Below are positions 9,895 through 18,992 of a DNA stretch of 64,000 nt, in pieces. Within the stretch, counting starts at the first letter, position 1, and each line of letters opens with the position of its first letter. Both the position numbers and the translations under genes were made by a program. The notes below the pieces were generated by a model. That model saw only the letters and a program-made list of their open reading frames with translations. It made no database searches and was not told the DNA's origin. Source of the DNA: Thermoanaerobaculia bacterium (lineage in GTDB: Bacteria > Acidobacteriota > Thermoanaerobaculia > Multivoradales > JAGPDF01); NCBI GenBank assembly GCA_031403995.1, contig JANNGS010000036.1:1468-65467 (forward strand). The letters are read 5' to 3'.

Positions 9895-10946
9895 AGCTCG
9901 ACGCGTCGGTCGACCTGCTGGTCGTCGGAGCCGGGCCGACGGGAATCGGCCTGGGGGCCGAGGCGAGGCGGGCCGGCCTCTCGACCCTACTGGTCGATCG
10001 CGGGCCGTTGGTCGCTTCGCTGGTCGACTATCCGGCCGAGATGCTCTTTTTCACCACCCGCGAGCGCCTGGAGATCGCTGGAGTGCCCTTCGCCATTCCG
10101 GAGGACAAGCCGAATCGGCGCCAGGCGGTGGCCTACTATCAGGCCGTGGCGGCGAAGTACGAACTGCCGCTGGCGCTGCACGAGGATGTCGAGGCGATCC
10201 GGCCCGAAGCGGGGGAGTTTGTCGTCTCCTCCCGAGGACGGTCCGGCCCGGTCGAGCGGCGAGCCCGAGCGGTGGCGGTCGCCTCCGGTTACTTCTGCAA
10301 TCCGACCCGCCTGGGAGTTCCCGGCGAGAGCTCGCCCTGGGTGCACACCCGCTACCGCGAGGCGCTGGCCCATTTCGGCGACTCGGTGGTCGTCGTCGGG
10401 GGCGGGAATTCGGGCGTCGAAGCGGCGCTCGATCTCTTCCGGCACGGGGCGCGGGTGACGCTGGTCCACCACGGAGCGGCGATCAAGGAGACGGTCAAGT
10501 ACTGGGTCAAACCCGACATCGAGAACCGCATCGCCGAAGGTGCCATCCAGGCGCTGATGGGGGCCGAGGTGGTCGGTTTCGTCGCTGGTGCGGTGCTGGT
10601 TCGGCCGCACCCCGGGTCGGAAGCCATCGCGGTTCCGGCGGGCGCGGCTTATGTCCTGATCGGATACGCTCCGGAGACCGGGTTGCTGGAAGAGGCCGGC
10701 GTACGCGTCGACCCGGCTACCGGGGCGCCCGAGTTTGACGCGGAAAGCTGCGAGACTCGAGTCCCCGGTCTCTATGCGGCAGGGACGGTCCAGGCGGGTC
10801 GCGAGACCCACCGGGTCTTCATCGAGAATTCCCGCGACCACGGGGTCCGGATCGCCTCCCATCTGGCCTCCCGGCTCCGTGGTACACCGATTGCAGCTTC
10901 TCCGAGATCTGCTCGCTCGCCGATGGCCGATGAGACCGTTTCCTGA
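9882..10946 (+). CDS. FAD/NAD(P)-binding oxidoreductase, thioredoxin-reductase-like (YpdA family)
   Basis: N-terminal VDLLVVGAGPTGIG and a second GGGNSGVEAA Rossmann motif. ATG at 9882 overlaps the thiD end. Confidence 0.7.
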   Translation: MSGVKLDASVDLLVVGAGPTGIGLGAEARRAGLSTLLVDRGPLVASLVDYPAEMLFFTTRERLEIAGVPFAIPEDKPNRRQAVAYYQAVAAKYELPLALHEDVEAIRPEAGEFVVSSRGRSGPVERRARAVAVASGYFCNPTRLGVPGESSPWVHTRYREALAHFGDSVVVVGGGNSGVEAALDLFRHGARVTLVHHGAAIKETVKYWVKPDIENRIAEGAIQALMGAEVVGFVAGAVLVRPHPGSEAIAVPAGAAYVLIGYAPETGLLEEAGVRVDPATGAPEFDAESCETRVPGLYAAGTVQAGRETHRVFIENSRDHGVRIASHLASRLRGTPIAASPRSARSPMADETVS

Positions 10947-10959
10947 AGGAGACAGCACC

Positions 10960-12648
10960 ATGGACAGCGCACCCACCCGACGGCTTCCCGCACCTCTCGC
11001 CGCTATCGCTCTCCCCGCCCTCCTTCTCGTGGCCTCCGGTCTCGGGGCGCAGACGGCGGAAACGCCGGGGACCGTGCCGGGCACGCTCTTCGGGGAAACC
11101 GTCGAAGTCCGGGTGATCAACGTCGAGGTCGTGGTCACCGACAAGCAGGGGTTGCCGGTCACCGGTCTCCAGCCTGGCGACTTTTCGCTCAAGATCGACG
11201 GCTCCGAGATGCCGATCCACTACTTCACCGAGGTGCGGGGAGGCGATGCGATCGAGGGGCCGTCGGACGAGCCGGCCATCCCCGGCGTACCGCAACTCGC
11301 GCCGGGCACGCCGGTTGGAACCAGCTACCTGGTCTTCATCGACGACTTCTATCCCCTGGCGCGCGATCGGGATCATGTCATCGAGAAGGTCTCCGCTGAC
11401 CTCGGGCGCCTCCGTCCCGAGGACCGTATGGCGGTCGTCGCCTACGACGGGCGGCGGCTGGAGATGCTCTCCTCCTGGTCGCAGTCGAGCGCCGAGCTCG
11501 AGCGCGTCTTGCGCAAGGCGATGACCCGGCCGGCGGGAGGTGTCCAGCGCGAGGCCGACGACCGCAGGTTCTCGAACAGCAACCGCGGCGACCGGTTCTA
11601 CGGCCGCCGTTCGCGCCTGCTCGACTCGACCCAGATGCGCCTCGACGTGGACGAGCGTGCCTACGCCGAGACGCTGCAGGCGCAGGTCCAGGGGATCGTC
11701 GCCGCGGCCTCCTCGGCGCTGCGTGGGTTCGCCAACCCGCCGGGACGGAAGGTCCTGGTTCTGCTCGCCGGCGGCTGGCCGTACGATCCGGTGGAATACG
11801 CCCTCAACGACTTCAACCGGACGGTGCTCGAGTCGCAGTTGAAGCGCGGCGACGAGCTCCTGGCGCCGCTCACCGACACCGCGAACCAGCTCGGCTACAC
11901 GATTTACGCGGTCGACATCCCCGGCCTGACCGAGGACTCGACCACCAGCGCCGAGTATTCCGCGGGCTCGAACTTTAACGATCGCCAGACGCAATTCCAG
12001 CGCGAGAGCAACGTGCAGTATTCGCTGCAGTACGTCGCCCAGGAGACCGGCGGCGAAGCGCTGCTGAACTCCGCCCGTGATGAGGTTCTCGCCAGAGTCA
12101 CCGAGGACACTCACAGCTACTATTGGATCGGCTTCACCCCCACCTGGCAGGGGGACGACGGCAAGCACAAGGTGGCGCTGTCCACCCGGGTCGAGGACCT
12201 GAAGATCCGCAACCGGGCCGGCTACGTCGACTTCTCGCAGAAGCGGGAGACCACCATGGCGGTCGAGAGCATCCTCCTGTTCGGAGAGGGCCCCAACTCC
12301 GCGGCGCTGCCGGTCGAAGTCGGAACGGCGAGGAAGGTCTCGGGAACCAAGATGAACGTGCCGGTCACGATCCGCATACCGCTCGAACGTCTCACCGCCC
12401 TGGTCACCGACAAGGGGATGAGCGCGGAGGTCGAATTGCGGATCGCGGCGCTCGACGAGCGCGGTGGCCGCTCGGATATTCCCGTCATTCCGATCCGACT
12501 CGACATGCCGGGGAAGGCCCCCGCGGGCGCTTATGCGACGTACACGACGATCATCCAGCTCCGTCGGGCCCGCAACGAATTGGTGCTGGCAATTTCGGAT
12601 GTGGCGGGCGGCGCGATCTACTCCGCCCGGGCCGAAGTCAACCCCTGA
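10960..12648 (+). CDS. Secreted VWA-domain protein of the 'VWFA-related acidobacterial domain' type (TIGR03436-like), copy 1
   Basis: ATG at 10960 with GGAG upstream. Signal peptide, then the hallmark N-terminal 'VEVRVINVEVVVTDKQGLPVTGLQPGDFSLKIDG' beta-sandwich, then a VWA-like region. Family assignment is from memory. Confidence 0.7.
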   Translation: MDSAPTRRLPAPLAAIALPALLLVASGLGAQTAETPGTVPGTLFGETVEVRVINVEVVVTDKQGLPVTGLQPGDFSLKIDGSEMPIHYFTEVRGGDAIEGPSDEPAIPGVPQLAPGTPVGTSYLVFIDDFYPLARDRDHVIEKVSADLGRLRPEDRMAVVAYDGRRLEMLSSWSQSSAELERVLRKAMTRPAGGVQREADDRRFSNSNRGDRFYGRRSRLLDSTQMRLDVDERAYAETLQAQVQGIVAAASSALRGFANPPGRKVLVLLAGGWPYDPVEYALNDFNRTVLESQLKRGDELLAPLTDTANQLGYTIYAVDIPGLTEDSTTSAEYSAGSNFNDRQTQFQRESNVQYSLQYVAQETGGEALLNSARDEVLARVTEDTHSYYWIGFTPTWQGDDGKHKVALSTRVEDLKIRNRAGYVDFSQKRETTMAVESILLFGEGPNSAALPVEVGTARKVSGTKMNVPVTIRIPLERLTALVTDKGMSAEVELRIAALDERGGRSDIPVIPIRLDMPGKAPAGAYATYTTIIQLRRARNELVLAISDVAGGAIYSARAEVNP

Positions 12649-12720
12649 TGGCCCAGACCCGGCCGCTGATCTCGACGACCTCGATGGGCTCTCATCGGTA
12701 TCTCTGAGGAACTGGAATTC

Positions 12721-14496
12721 ATGAAGAGAATGTCGCTCTACCGTTGGATGCTGCTCTGTGTGGCGGGTCTCGCCGCACCCGGTCTGACTGCGCACCTCGT
12801 CGCCCAGAGCGCGGAATCCGCCCAGCCGGCCCCGGCGGCCGCTGCGCCCGCGGCAACCGTCCCGGCGCCAACCGTCGGGAGTCTTCCGGCCCAGGGGAGT
12901 GGAGAGTTCTTCGAGTCGATCGACGTCAGCGTCGTCAACGTCGACGTCTACGTGACCGACAAGAAGGGGAATCGCGTCAACGGGCTGACCCGCGACGATT
13001 TCGAGATTCTCGAAGACAAGCGACCGATGGCGATCACCAATTTCTACGCCGTCCAGGAGGGCCGTCCGGTGCTGACCGCCGAAGAGCTCGCGGCGCCCGT
13101 GGCAGCGCCTCTGCCAGGAGCGGTGCCGGGAATGCCTGCGGAGGCCCCGGAGGATCAGCGTCTCCACCTGGTGGTCTACATCGACAATTTCAACCTGCAC
13201 CCGTTCAGCCGCAACAGAGTCTTCGGCGCCTTGCGCGAGTTCCTGCGCTCGGACCTGACGCCGGGAGACCGCGTCATGCTCATGACCTACGATCGCGAGC
13301 CCCATGTGCGGCGGCCGTTCACTTCCGATCCGCAGACCATCGCGTCGGCGCTGTTCGAGATCGAAAAGATGAATGCCTTCGCGACCCAGGCCGACTCGGA
13401 TCGCCGCGAGCTCCTGTCCGAGATCGATGACATGAAGGATCCGAATCAGGCGATCACCCGCGCGCGTAGCTATGCCGAGTCGCTGTTCAACGACCTGCAA
13501 TTCTCGATCGACTCACTGAAGAACACGGTGAGCTCGCTCGCCGGCCTGCCCGGACGCAAGGCGGTGCTCTATGTGAGTGACGGGTTGCCGATGGTCGCCG
13601 GCCAGGATGTCTTCCACTACATCCAGGAGAAGTTCTCGTCGGGGGCCTCGACAGCGATCATGGAGAGCCTCACCTACGACGCCTCGCGACGTATCCAGGA
13701 GCTGGTGGCGCAAGCCAACGCCAACCGCATCTCGTTCTACACCATCGATGCTGCGGGGCTGCGGACCTCATCAACGGTTTCGGCGGAGAATCGCACGGCG
13801 AATACGAGCGGAATGGTCGAGTCGATCCACACCAGCAACCTCCAGTCGTCGCTGCAGATGATGGCGGAGGACACCGGCGGCAAGGCGATCTACAACACCA
13901 ACGACCCGACCAAGGGCCTGCTCACCGTGGCCGGCGACTTCAAGACCTACTACTCGCTCGGTTACAGCCCGGTGCACAGCGGCGACGGCCGGTACCACAA
14001 GATCGACGTGCGTACGAAGCGGAAGGACCTCGTGGTCCGGCACCGCGAGGGCTACCGCGACAAGACGACGGAAGCCAAGATGTCCGACGGCGTGATCTCC
14101 GCGCTCTTCTACGACGCGGAAAGCAACAGTCTGGACATCGGCGTGAAGCGCCTCCCTGAGAGCCGGCGCGACGACGGGCTCTTCACCGTGCCGATCGAGA
14201 TCCGCATCCCGATCGGGAATCTTGTTCTCGTCCCGGCGGAGGGCGTGCGCCAGGCGCGGGTGCGCATCTTCTTCGCTGCGATGGACGATGGCGGAGGGAT
14301 GTCCGAGGTGCAGAGCTCGATCGTCCCGATCACCATCCCCGAGGCGGAGGTGGCGACAGCGGTGAAGCAGGTGTATGTCTACGGCATCTCGCTTATGATG
14401 CGCAAAGGGCCGCAGAAGCTCGCCGTCGGAGTGCGTGACGAGGTCGGAGCTGCGCAGGCCTTCACGGTGCGCACGATGAATATCGGCAACAGCTGA
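12721..14496 (+). CDS. Secreted VWA-domain protein of the VWFA-related acidobacterial type, copy 2
   Basis: Signal peptide, 'IDVSVVNVDVYVTDKKGNRVNGLTRDDFEILEDKRPMAITNF', and a VWA-like core (RVMLMTYD...AVLYVSDG). Paralogous to the upstream gene. Confidence 0.7.
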   Translation: MKRMSLYRWMLLCVAGLAAPGLTAHLVAQSAESAQPAPAAAAPAATVPAPTVGSLPAQGSGEFFESIDVSVVNVDVYVTDKKGNRVNGLTRDDFEILEDKRPMAITNFYAVQEGRPVLTAEELAAPVAAPLPGAVPGMPAEAPEDQRLHLVVYIDNFNLHPFSRNRVFGALREFLRSDLTPGDRVMLMTYDREPHVRRPFTSDPQTIASALFEIEKMNAFATQADSDRRELLSEIDDMKDPNQAITRARSYAESLFNDLQFSIDSLKNTVSSLAGLPGRKAVLYVSDGLPMVAGQDVFHYIQEKFSSGASTAIMESLTYDASRRIQELVAQANANRISFYTIDAAGLRTSSTVSAENRTANTSGMVESIHTSNLQSSLQMMAEDTGGKAIYNTNDPTKGLLTVAGDFKTYYSLGYSPVHSGDGRYHKIDVRTKRKDLVVRHREGYRDKTTEAKMSDGVISALFYDAESNSLDIGVKRLPESRRDDGLFTVPIEIRIPIGNLVLVPAEGVRQARVRIFFAAMDDGGGMSEVQSSIVPITIPEAEVATAVKQVYVYGISLMMRKGPQKLAVGVRDEVGAAQAFTVRTMNIGNS

Positions 14497-14936
14497 TGGT
14501 GAATCCGTCGGCCTGGATCTCGCGGGCGCAGAATCTGGGATCGGCCTACTTCGCGGTGCTGCGGGCCGAGATCTCGGCTGCCCTGCAGGACCTCGCCGAG
14601 TCGGGCCGGGGTCTGCTGCGCGCCGCCGTGTTCTTCACGGTGACCGTCGCGCTCGGCTTCTGGACGGTCGGACTCCTGGTCTATTTTCTGATCGAGATGC
14701 TGGCGCTCTGGCTGCCCCGATGGGGGGCCGTCGGCATCGTCTTCGGGATCTTCGTTGTCGCCACGGTGATCTTCGCCGTCACCAGCGTCGCGCGCGCCCG
14801 CCGGATCGAAACGCCGACCGCCATGCTCGATCGGCGCTTCCGTGACCACGCCGCCTGGTGGCAGGAGCGGATCGGACGCGAGAGTGGTGGTCCCGGGGCT
14901 GCGGGAGATTCCGCGAAGCACGGGGTGGAGCCATGA
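14496..14936 (+). CDS. Small membrane protein, holin-X-like (two TM helices)
   Basis: ATG overlaps the stop of the VWA gene (ATGA). Amphipathic N-terminus (AVLRAEISAALQDLAESGRGLL) followed by two hydrophobic helices, resembling Phage_holin_3_6-like proteins (from memory). Confidence 0.5.
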   Translation: MVNPSAWISRAQNLGSAYFAVLRAEISAALQDLAESGRGLLRAAVFFTVTVALGFWTVGLLVYFLIEMLALWLPRWGAVGIVFGIFVVATVIFAVTSVARARRIETPTAMLDRRFRDHAAWWQERIGRESGGPGAAGDSAKHGVEP

Positions 14937-15160
14937 CCATTGATTCCGACGAGCTAGAGCGGACGCGGGAGCGCTTCGCGACCGATCTGGACGACCTGCG
15001 CGGTGCGCTTCACGAGGAGGTGGGCTGGGCGCCGCGCGGCTTGCGATGGATCGTTCCGATCGTCGCTCTGGCGGCGGGGCTCGTCGCCGGCGTCGCCGTG
15101 CGCCGGAACCTGCCGCGCCTGGGTGGGGAAGCGTCGGTCCCGAAGCGCCAACGGCGCTGA
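14933..15160 (+). CDS. Small single-TM protein (75 aa), hypothetical
   Basis: ATG at 14933 overlaps the previous stop (ATGA). Hydrophobic stretch WIVPIVALAAGLVAGVAV. Confidence 0.4.
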   Translation: MTIDSDELERTRERFATDLDDLRGALHEEVGWAPRGLRWIVPIVALAAGLVAGVAVRRNLPRLGGEASVPKRQRR

Positions 15161-15221
15161 GCCGGCTCCCGGCTCCCGGCGCCGATGCGGGCCGGCAAGG
15201 GTGCGGCGGTAGAATCGCGCA

Positions 15222-15968
15222 GTGAGGAACCTCGAAGGCAAGAAGGCCGTCGACACCGTCCTGCTGTTCACCAAGCCGTCGGTCGCCGGGCGCGTCAAGA
15301 CCCGCCTGGTCGGGGCTCTGACGGCCCGGCAGGCGGCTGATCTGCATGCCGCCTTCCTCGCCGACCTGGTCGAGAGGATCTCCGGACAGAGCTTCGCCCT
15401 CGTTCCCGTCTGGGCGCTTTCGTCCGGCGAGGCGCCGCCGCAGGAGCCACAAGGTGGCAGGCGCCAGGTCGAAGGCGACCTCGGCACCCGCTTGCGACAC
15501 TCCTTTACCGAGCTTTTTCTCGCCTCCGGCAATGAGGAAGACGCAGGATTCGCGCTGGCCATCGGCAGCGACTTGCCGCAGCTCGAACCGCAGCGAATCG
15601 AGGAGGCCTTTCAAGCGCTCGCCAGTGGCGCCGACGTGGTCCTCGGCCCGGCGCGGGATGGCGGCTACTACCTGATCGGACTGCGCGCCGGTGCGCTGCG
15701 TGTGCCACTCTTCGAAGCGGTCGCCTGGAGCACCGACGCGGTGCTCACTCAGACGCTGGCAAGCTGCCGTAGGGCCGGCATCTCGGCAGCGCTCCTGCCG
15801 GAGGAAGAAGACATCGACACCGCCGACGCTCTCGAACGTTTCGCCGGCCGCCTCGCCGCTGGGGAGTGCGCGGCCTGCCCACGCACGTCGGCGCTCCTGG
15901 CGCTGTGGGGCCGCTCGACCGGCGAAGAGCGCCGCGAAGCACAACAGGAGGATGCATGCGTGTCCTGA
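15222..15968 (+). CDS. DUF2064-family nucleotidyltransferase-like protein (CofC-like fold)
   Basis: LLFTKPSVAGRVKTRL and DGGYYLIGL are DUF2064 hallmarks. Confidence 0.65.
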   Translation: MRNLEGKKAVDTVLLFTKPSVAGRVKTRLVGALTARQAADLHAAFLADLVERISGQSFALVPVWALSSGEAPPQEPQGGRRQVEGDLGTRLRHSFTELFLASGNEEDAGFALAIGSDLPQLEPQRIEEAFQALASGADVVLGPARDGGYYLIGLRAGALRVPLFEAVAWSTDAVLTQTLASCRRAGISAALLPEEEDIDTADALERFAGRLAAGECAACPRTSALLALWGRSTGEERREAQQEDACVS

Positions 15969-17545
15969 CTGCGGCGGAGGCGCGCGCCTTCGACCGCTGG
16001 GCGATCGACCAGCTCGGCGTCCCGGCGCTCGTCCTGATGGAGAACGCCGCCCTGGCGGTGGCCGAGGCGATCGCCGAGGGCTTCGGCGAAGCGCGGCGGG
16101 TAGCGATCTTCTGCGGGCCGGGAAACAACGGTGGCGACGGGCTGGCGCTCGCGCGCCAGCTCCTCACCCGCGGCTACGAGGTCGGCCTGTACCTCGCCAC
16201 TTTTGGCCACGCTTTGAGCAACGACTGCTCGCGGCAACTCGAGATCTGCCAGGCGATGGAGCTCGCAATCGTCGAGCTGGGGAAGGACTGGCAGGAGAGC
16301 GCTGCGTCTGCCGCAGGCGCAGACCTGGTCGTCGACGCGCTCTTCGGTACCGGCCTCGAACGGCCGCTCGCCTCGCCATACGCCGAGCTCGTGGAGTGGA
16401 TGAACGCGCTCCCGGCGCCGCGCCTCGCGATCGACATCCCGAGCGGACTGGACGCCGGCCGGGCGCATCCGATCGGCCCGGCGATTCGCGCCGAGGCGAC
16501 CGTGACCTTCGGTGCGCCGAAGATCGCGCATCTGCTGTTGCCGGCCGCAGAGTGGGTCGGGGAGCTCTCGGTCGCCGACCTGGGAGTTCCGTTCGATCTC
16601 AGCCCGTGCGCCGCGGGAGATCTCGAGGTGCTGGTCGCCGAGGAGCTCGCGCAGCTCTTGACGGAACGGTCGATGGCCGCCCACAAGGGCGATTTCGGGC
16701 ATGTTCTCCTGGTCGCCGGCTCGCGGGGCAAGGCGGGAGCGGCGATTCTCGCGGCGCGCGGCGCCATCCGCGGCGGCGCCGGGCTGGTCACTGTCGCGAC
16801 GGTCGAATCGGCCTGGACGGCGATCGCGAGCGGCGTCCCGGAGGCGATGAGCCTGCCGTCGGCCGAGGATTCCGGCGGCGGGCTGGCGTTCGCAGCCCTG
16901 GCCGCGCTCCTGGCGGCGGCCGGGGATCGGGATGTTCTCGCCATCGGGCCGGGACTCGGTGAATCGGCCGGCACCTGGCGGTTGGTGCGCAGTCTCGCTC
17001 TCGAAGCCGCGGACATGCCTCTGGTCCTCGATGCCGATGGCTTGAACGCGTTCGCCGGGGCTGCCGCGGCCAGGGGTGGCAAGGGAGCCCGCGGGGGGCA
17101 GAGTGGCCTCCGCCTGCTTTCGAAGCGACGCGGAAGCACCGTCCTGACTCCGCACCCCGGCGAGCTCGCCCGGCTCCTGGGTTGCTCCACCTCCGAGATC
17201 GAAGCCGACCGTCTAGCGAGCGTGCGGCGGGCGGCGGAGCTCTCGGGCGCCGTCGTCGTGCTCAAGGGTGGGCGGTCGCTCATCGGCCTGCCTTCGGGGG
17301 AGGTCGCGATCAACACGTCGGGCAACCCAGCCATGGCCTCCGGCGGCAGCGGCGACGTGTTGACCGGCCTGATCGCTGCGCGCCTGGCGCAGGGGGACGA
17401 TCCCGCCCGGGCGGCACAGCTCGCGGTACACTTGCATGGCTTGGCCGGAGATCTGGCCGTGGCCGCCGGCGTAACGCCGGCAGTGCCGGCGGGAACCCTG
17501 GTGGAGTACCTGTCGCAGGCCTACGGGAAGCTCGGCAAGGCATGA
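15956..17545 (+). CDS. nnr: Bifunctional NAD(P)H-hydrate repair enzyme (epimerase + ADP-dependent dehydratase, YjeF)
   Basis: ATG at 15956 after AGGAGG. N-terminal YjeF_N (FCGPGNNGGDGL) and C-terminal carbohydrate-kinase domain (GHVLLVAGSRGKAGAA; GSGDVLTG). Confidence 0.85.
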   Translation: MRVLTAAEARAFDRWAIDQLGVPALVLMENAALAVAEAIAEGFGEARRVAIFCGPGNNGGDGLALARQLLTRGYEVGLYLATFGHALSNDCSRQLEICQAMELAIVELGKDWQESAASAAGADLVVDALFGTGLERPLASPYAELVEWMNALPAPRLAIDIPSGLDAGRAHPIGPAIRAEATVTFGAPKIAHLLLPAAEWVGELSVADLGVPFDLSPCAAGDLEVLVAEELAQLLTERSMAAHKGDFGHVLLVAGSRGKAGAAILAARGAIRGGAGLVTVATVESAWTAIASGVPEAMSLPSAEDSGGGLAFAALAALLAAAGDRDVLAIGPGLGESAGTWRLVRSLALEAADMPLVLDADGLNAFAGAAAARGGKGARGGQSGLRLLSKRRGSTVLTPHPGELARLLGCSTSEIEADRLASVRRAAELSGAVVVLKGGRSLIGLPSGEVAINTSGNPAMASGGSGDVLTGLIAARLAQGDDPARAAQLAVHLHGLAGDLAVAAGVTPAVPAGTLVEYLSQAYGKLGKA

Positions 17546-17988
17546 GGGTCTGGCGCTCGGCGAGCGTCGCCGAAACGCGCTCCGTCGGCGCCGGCTTGGC
17601 GCGTGAGCTCCAGCCGCGAGGCTGCCTGCTGCTCTATGGCGCTCTCGGTGCCGGCAAGACAGTCCTCGCCCAAGGGGTCGCGGAGGGACTGGGCATCGAC
17701 CCGCGCGAGGTGCAGTCGCCGACCTTCGCCCTCCTGCGCGAGCACGAGCTGCCGGGAGGCAAAGGGACCCGGCTGGCCCACCTCGACCTCTACCGGCTTT
17801 CGCCGGGCGAGGCGGCGGCCTGCGGCTTCGAGGAGGTTCTCCTCGGGCCGGGAGTGAAGATCGTGGAATGGGCCGAGCGCCTGCCCTTCGCCGTCCCCGG
17901 AGCTCTCGCCCTGACGCTCCGCGAAGGGGAGGGCGGGCGGCGCGAGATCGCGGAGCTCGAAAATCCGCCGGAGCCCGCGCCGGAGTGA
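17542..17988 (+). CDS. tsaE: tRNA threonylcarbamoyladenosine biosynthesis protein TsaE
   Basis: P-loop LLLYGALGAGKT plus the conserved SPTFAL motif. ATGA overlap with the nnr stop. Confidence 0.8.
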   Translation: MRVWRSASVAETRSVGAGLARELQPRGCLLLYGALGAGKTVLAQGVAEGLGIDPREVQSPTFALLREHELPGGKGTRLAHLDLYRLSPGEAAACGFEEVLLGPGVKIVEWAERLPFAVPGALALTLREGEGGRREIAELENPPEPAPE

Positions 17989-18061
17989 GACCCGCGCCGG
18001 AATGAGATTGAAGACCCGAAATCTGCTGCCTGAGATCATCTACCTGAGAGGAAGTGACGAG

Positions 18062-18925
18062 ATGGCCATTCGCAAAGTCGGAGTTCTGGGCTGCGGCCTG
18101 ATGGGATCGGGAATCGCCGAGATCGCGGCGAAGGCGGGATTCGACACGGTCGTCCGGGAGGTCTCGGACGCCCTGCTCGAGAAGGGCATGGGCCGTATCC
18201 GCGGCTCGCTCGCCAAGGCGGTCGAAAAGGGCAAGATGACCGCCGACGAGCGCGACGTCGTGCTCGGCCGGATCCACGGCACGAGCGGAGCCAGCGGCTT
18301 CGAAGCGATGGCGGACTGCGACCTCGTGGTCGAGGCGATCGTCGAAAACCTGGAAGAGAAGAAGGCGACCTACGCGGCGCTCGACAAGGTGGTTCAGCCG
18401 GGGGCGATCTTCGCCTCCAACACCTCTTCCTTGACCGTGACCCAGCTCGCCATGGCGACCTCGCGCCCGTCGCGCTTCGTCGGTCTCCACTTCTTCAATC
18501 CGGTACCGGTCATGAAGCTGGTCGAAGTCGTGCGCACGCTGCTCACCGACGACACCGTTCTCGCCGAAGTCGATGTCTTCTGCCGCGCTCTGGGCAAGAC
18601 GCCGGTGGCCTGCAAAGACAACTCTGGCTTCATCGTCAACCGCCTGCTGGTGCCGTATCTCCTCGACGCCATTCGCGCGCTCGAAGAGGGTGTCGGCTCG
18701 GTGGCCGACATCGACGAGGGGATGAAGCTCGGCTGCGGGTACCCGATGGGACCGTTCCAGCTGCTCGACTTCGTCGGACTCGACACGACCTATTTCATCG
18801 CCAACATCATGTTCGAGGAGTACCGCGAGAAGCGCTTCGCGCCGCCGCCGCTGCTCAAGCAGATGGTCCAGGCCGGTCGGCTCGGCAGGAAGAGCGGCCG
18901 CGGTTTCTACGACTACGCCAAGTGA
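18062..18925 (+). CDS. 3-hydroxybutyryl-CoA / 3-hydroxyacyl-CoA dehydrogenase
   Basis: VGVLGCGLMGSGIA Rossmann motif, NTSSL, FFNPVPVMKLVEV and C-terminal 3HCDH_C motifs. Confidence 0.85.
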   Translation: MAIRKVGVLGCGLMGSGIAEIAAKAGFDTVVREVSDALLEKGMGRIRGSLAKAVEKGKMTADERDVVLGRIHGTSGASGFEAMADCDLVVEAIVENLEEKKATYAALDKVVQPGAIFASNTSSLTVTQLAMATSRPSRFVGLHFFNPVPVMKLVEVVRTLLTDDTVLAEVDVFCRALGKTPVACKDNSGFIVNRLLVPYLLDAIRALEEGVGSVADIDEGMKLGCGYPMGPFQLLDFVGLDTTYFIANIMFEEYREKRFAPPPLLKQMVQAGRLGRKSGRGFYDYAK

Positions 18926-18992
18926 CCGTTCCGGGACCCCCGGGAGAGGCTGATAAGATTGAGCTCCAAGCGATGATCCGCCCGCCTGCCGC

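Noticed and set aside
10819-13500. 893-aa minus-strand ORF opposite the two VWA genes; similar long antisense ORFs at 8689-9813, 14379-15944, 15749-17155, 17213-19042, 18855-19901, 20620-21786, 28436-29959, 30229-31998, 32071-33378, 35495-36661, 41893-44115, 46813-49173(+), 50635-52290(+), 51194-53386, 53245-54192(+), 55563-56675, 56891-58021, 58085-59791, 60772-62700 and 62673-63899
   Set aside because: Each lies antisense to, or is frame-shifted against, a gene with recognisable conserved motifs. Their products are Arg/Ala/Gly/Pro-rich without motifs. Expected stop-codon depletion in high-GC DNA.
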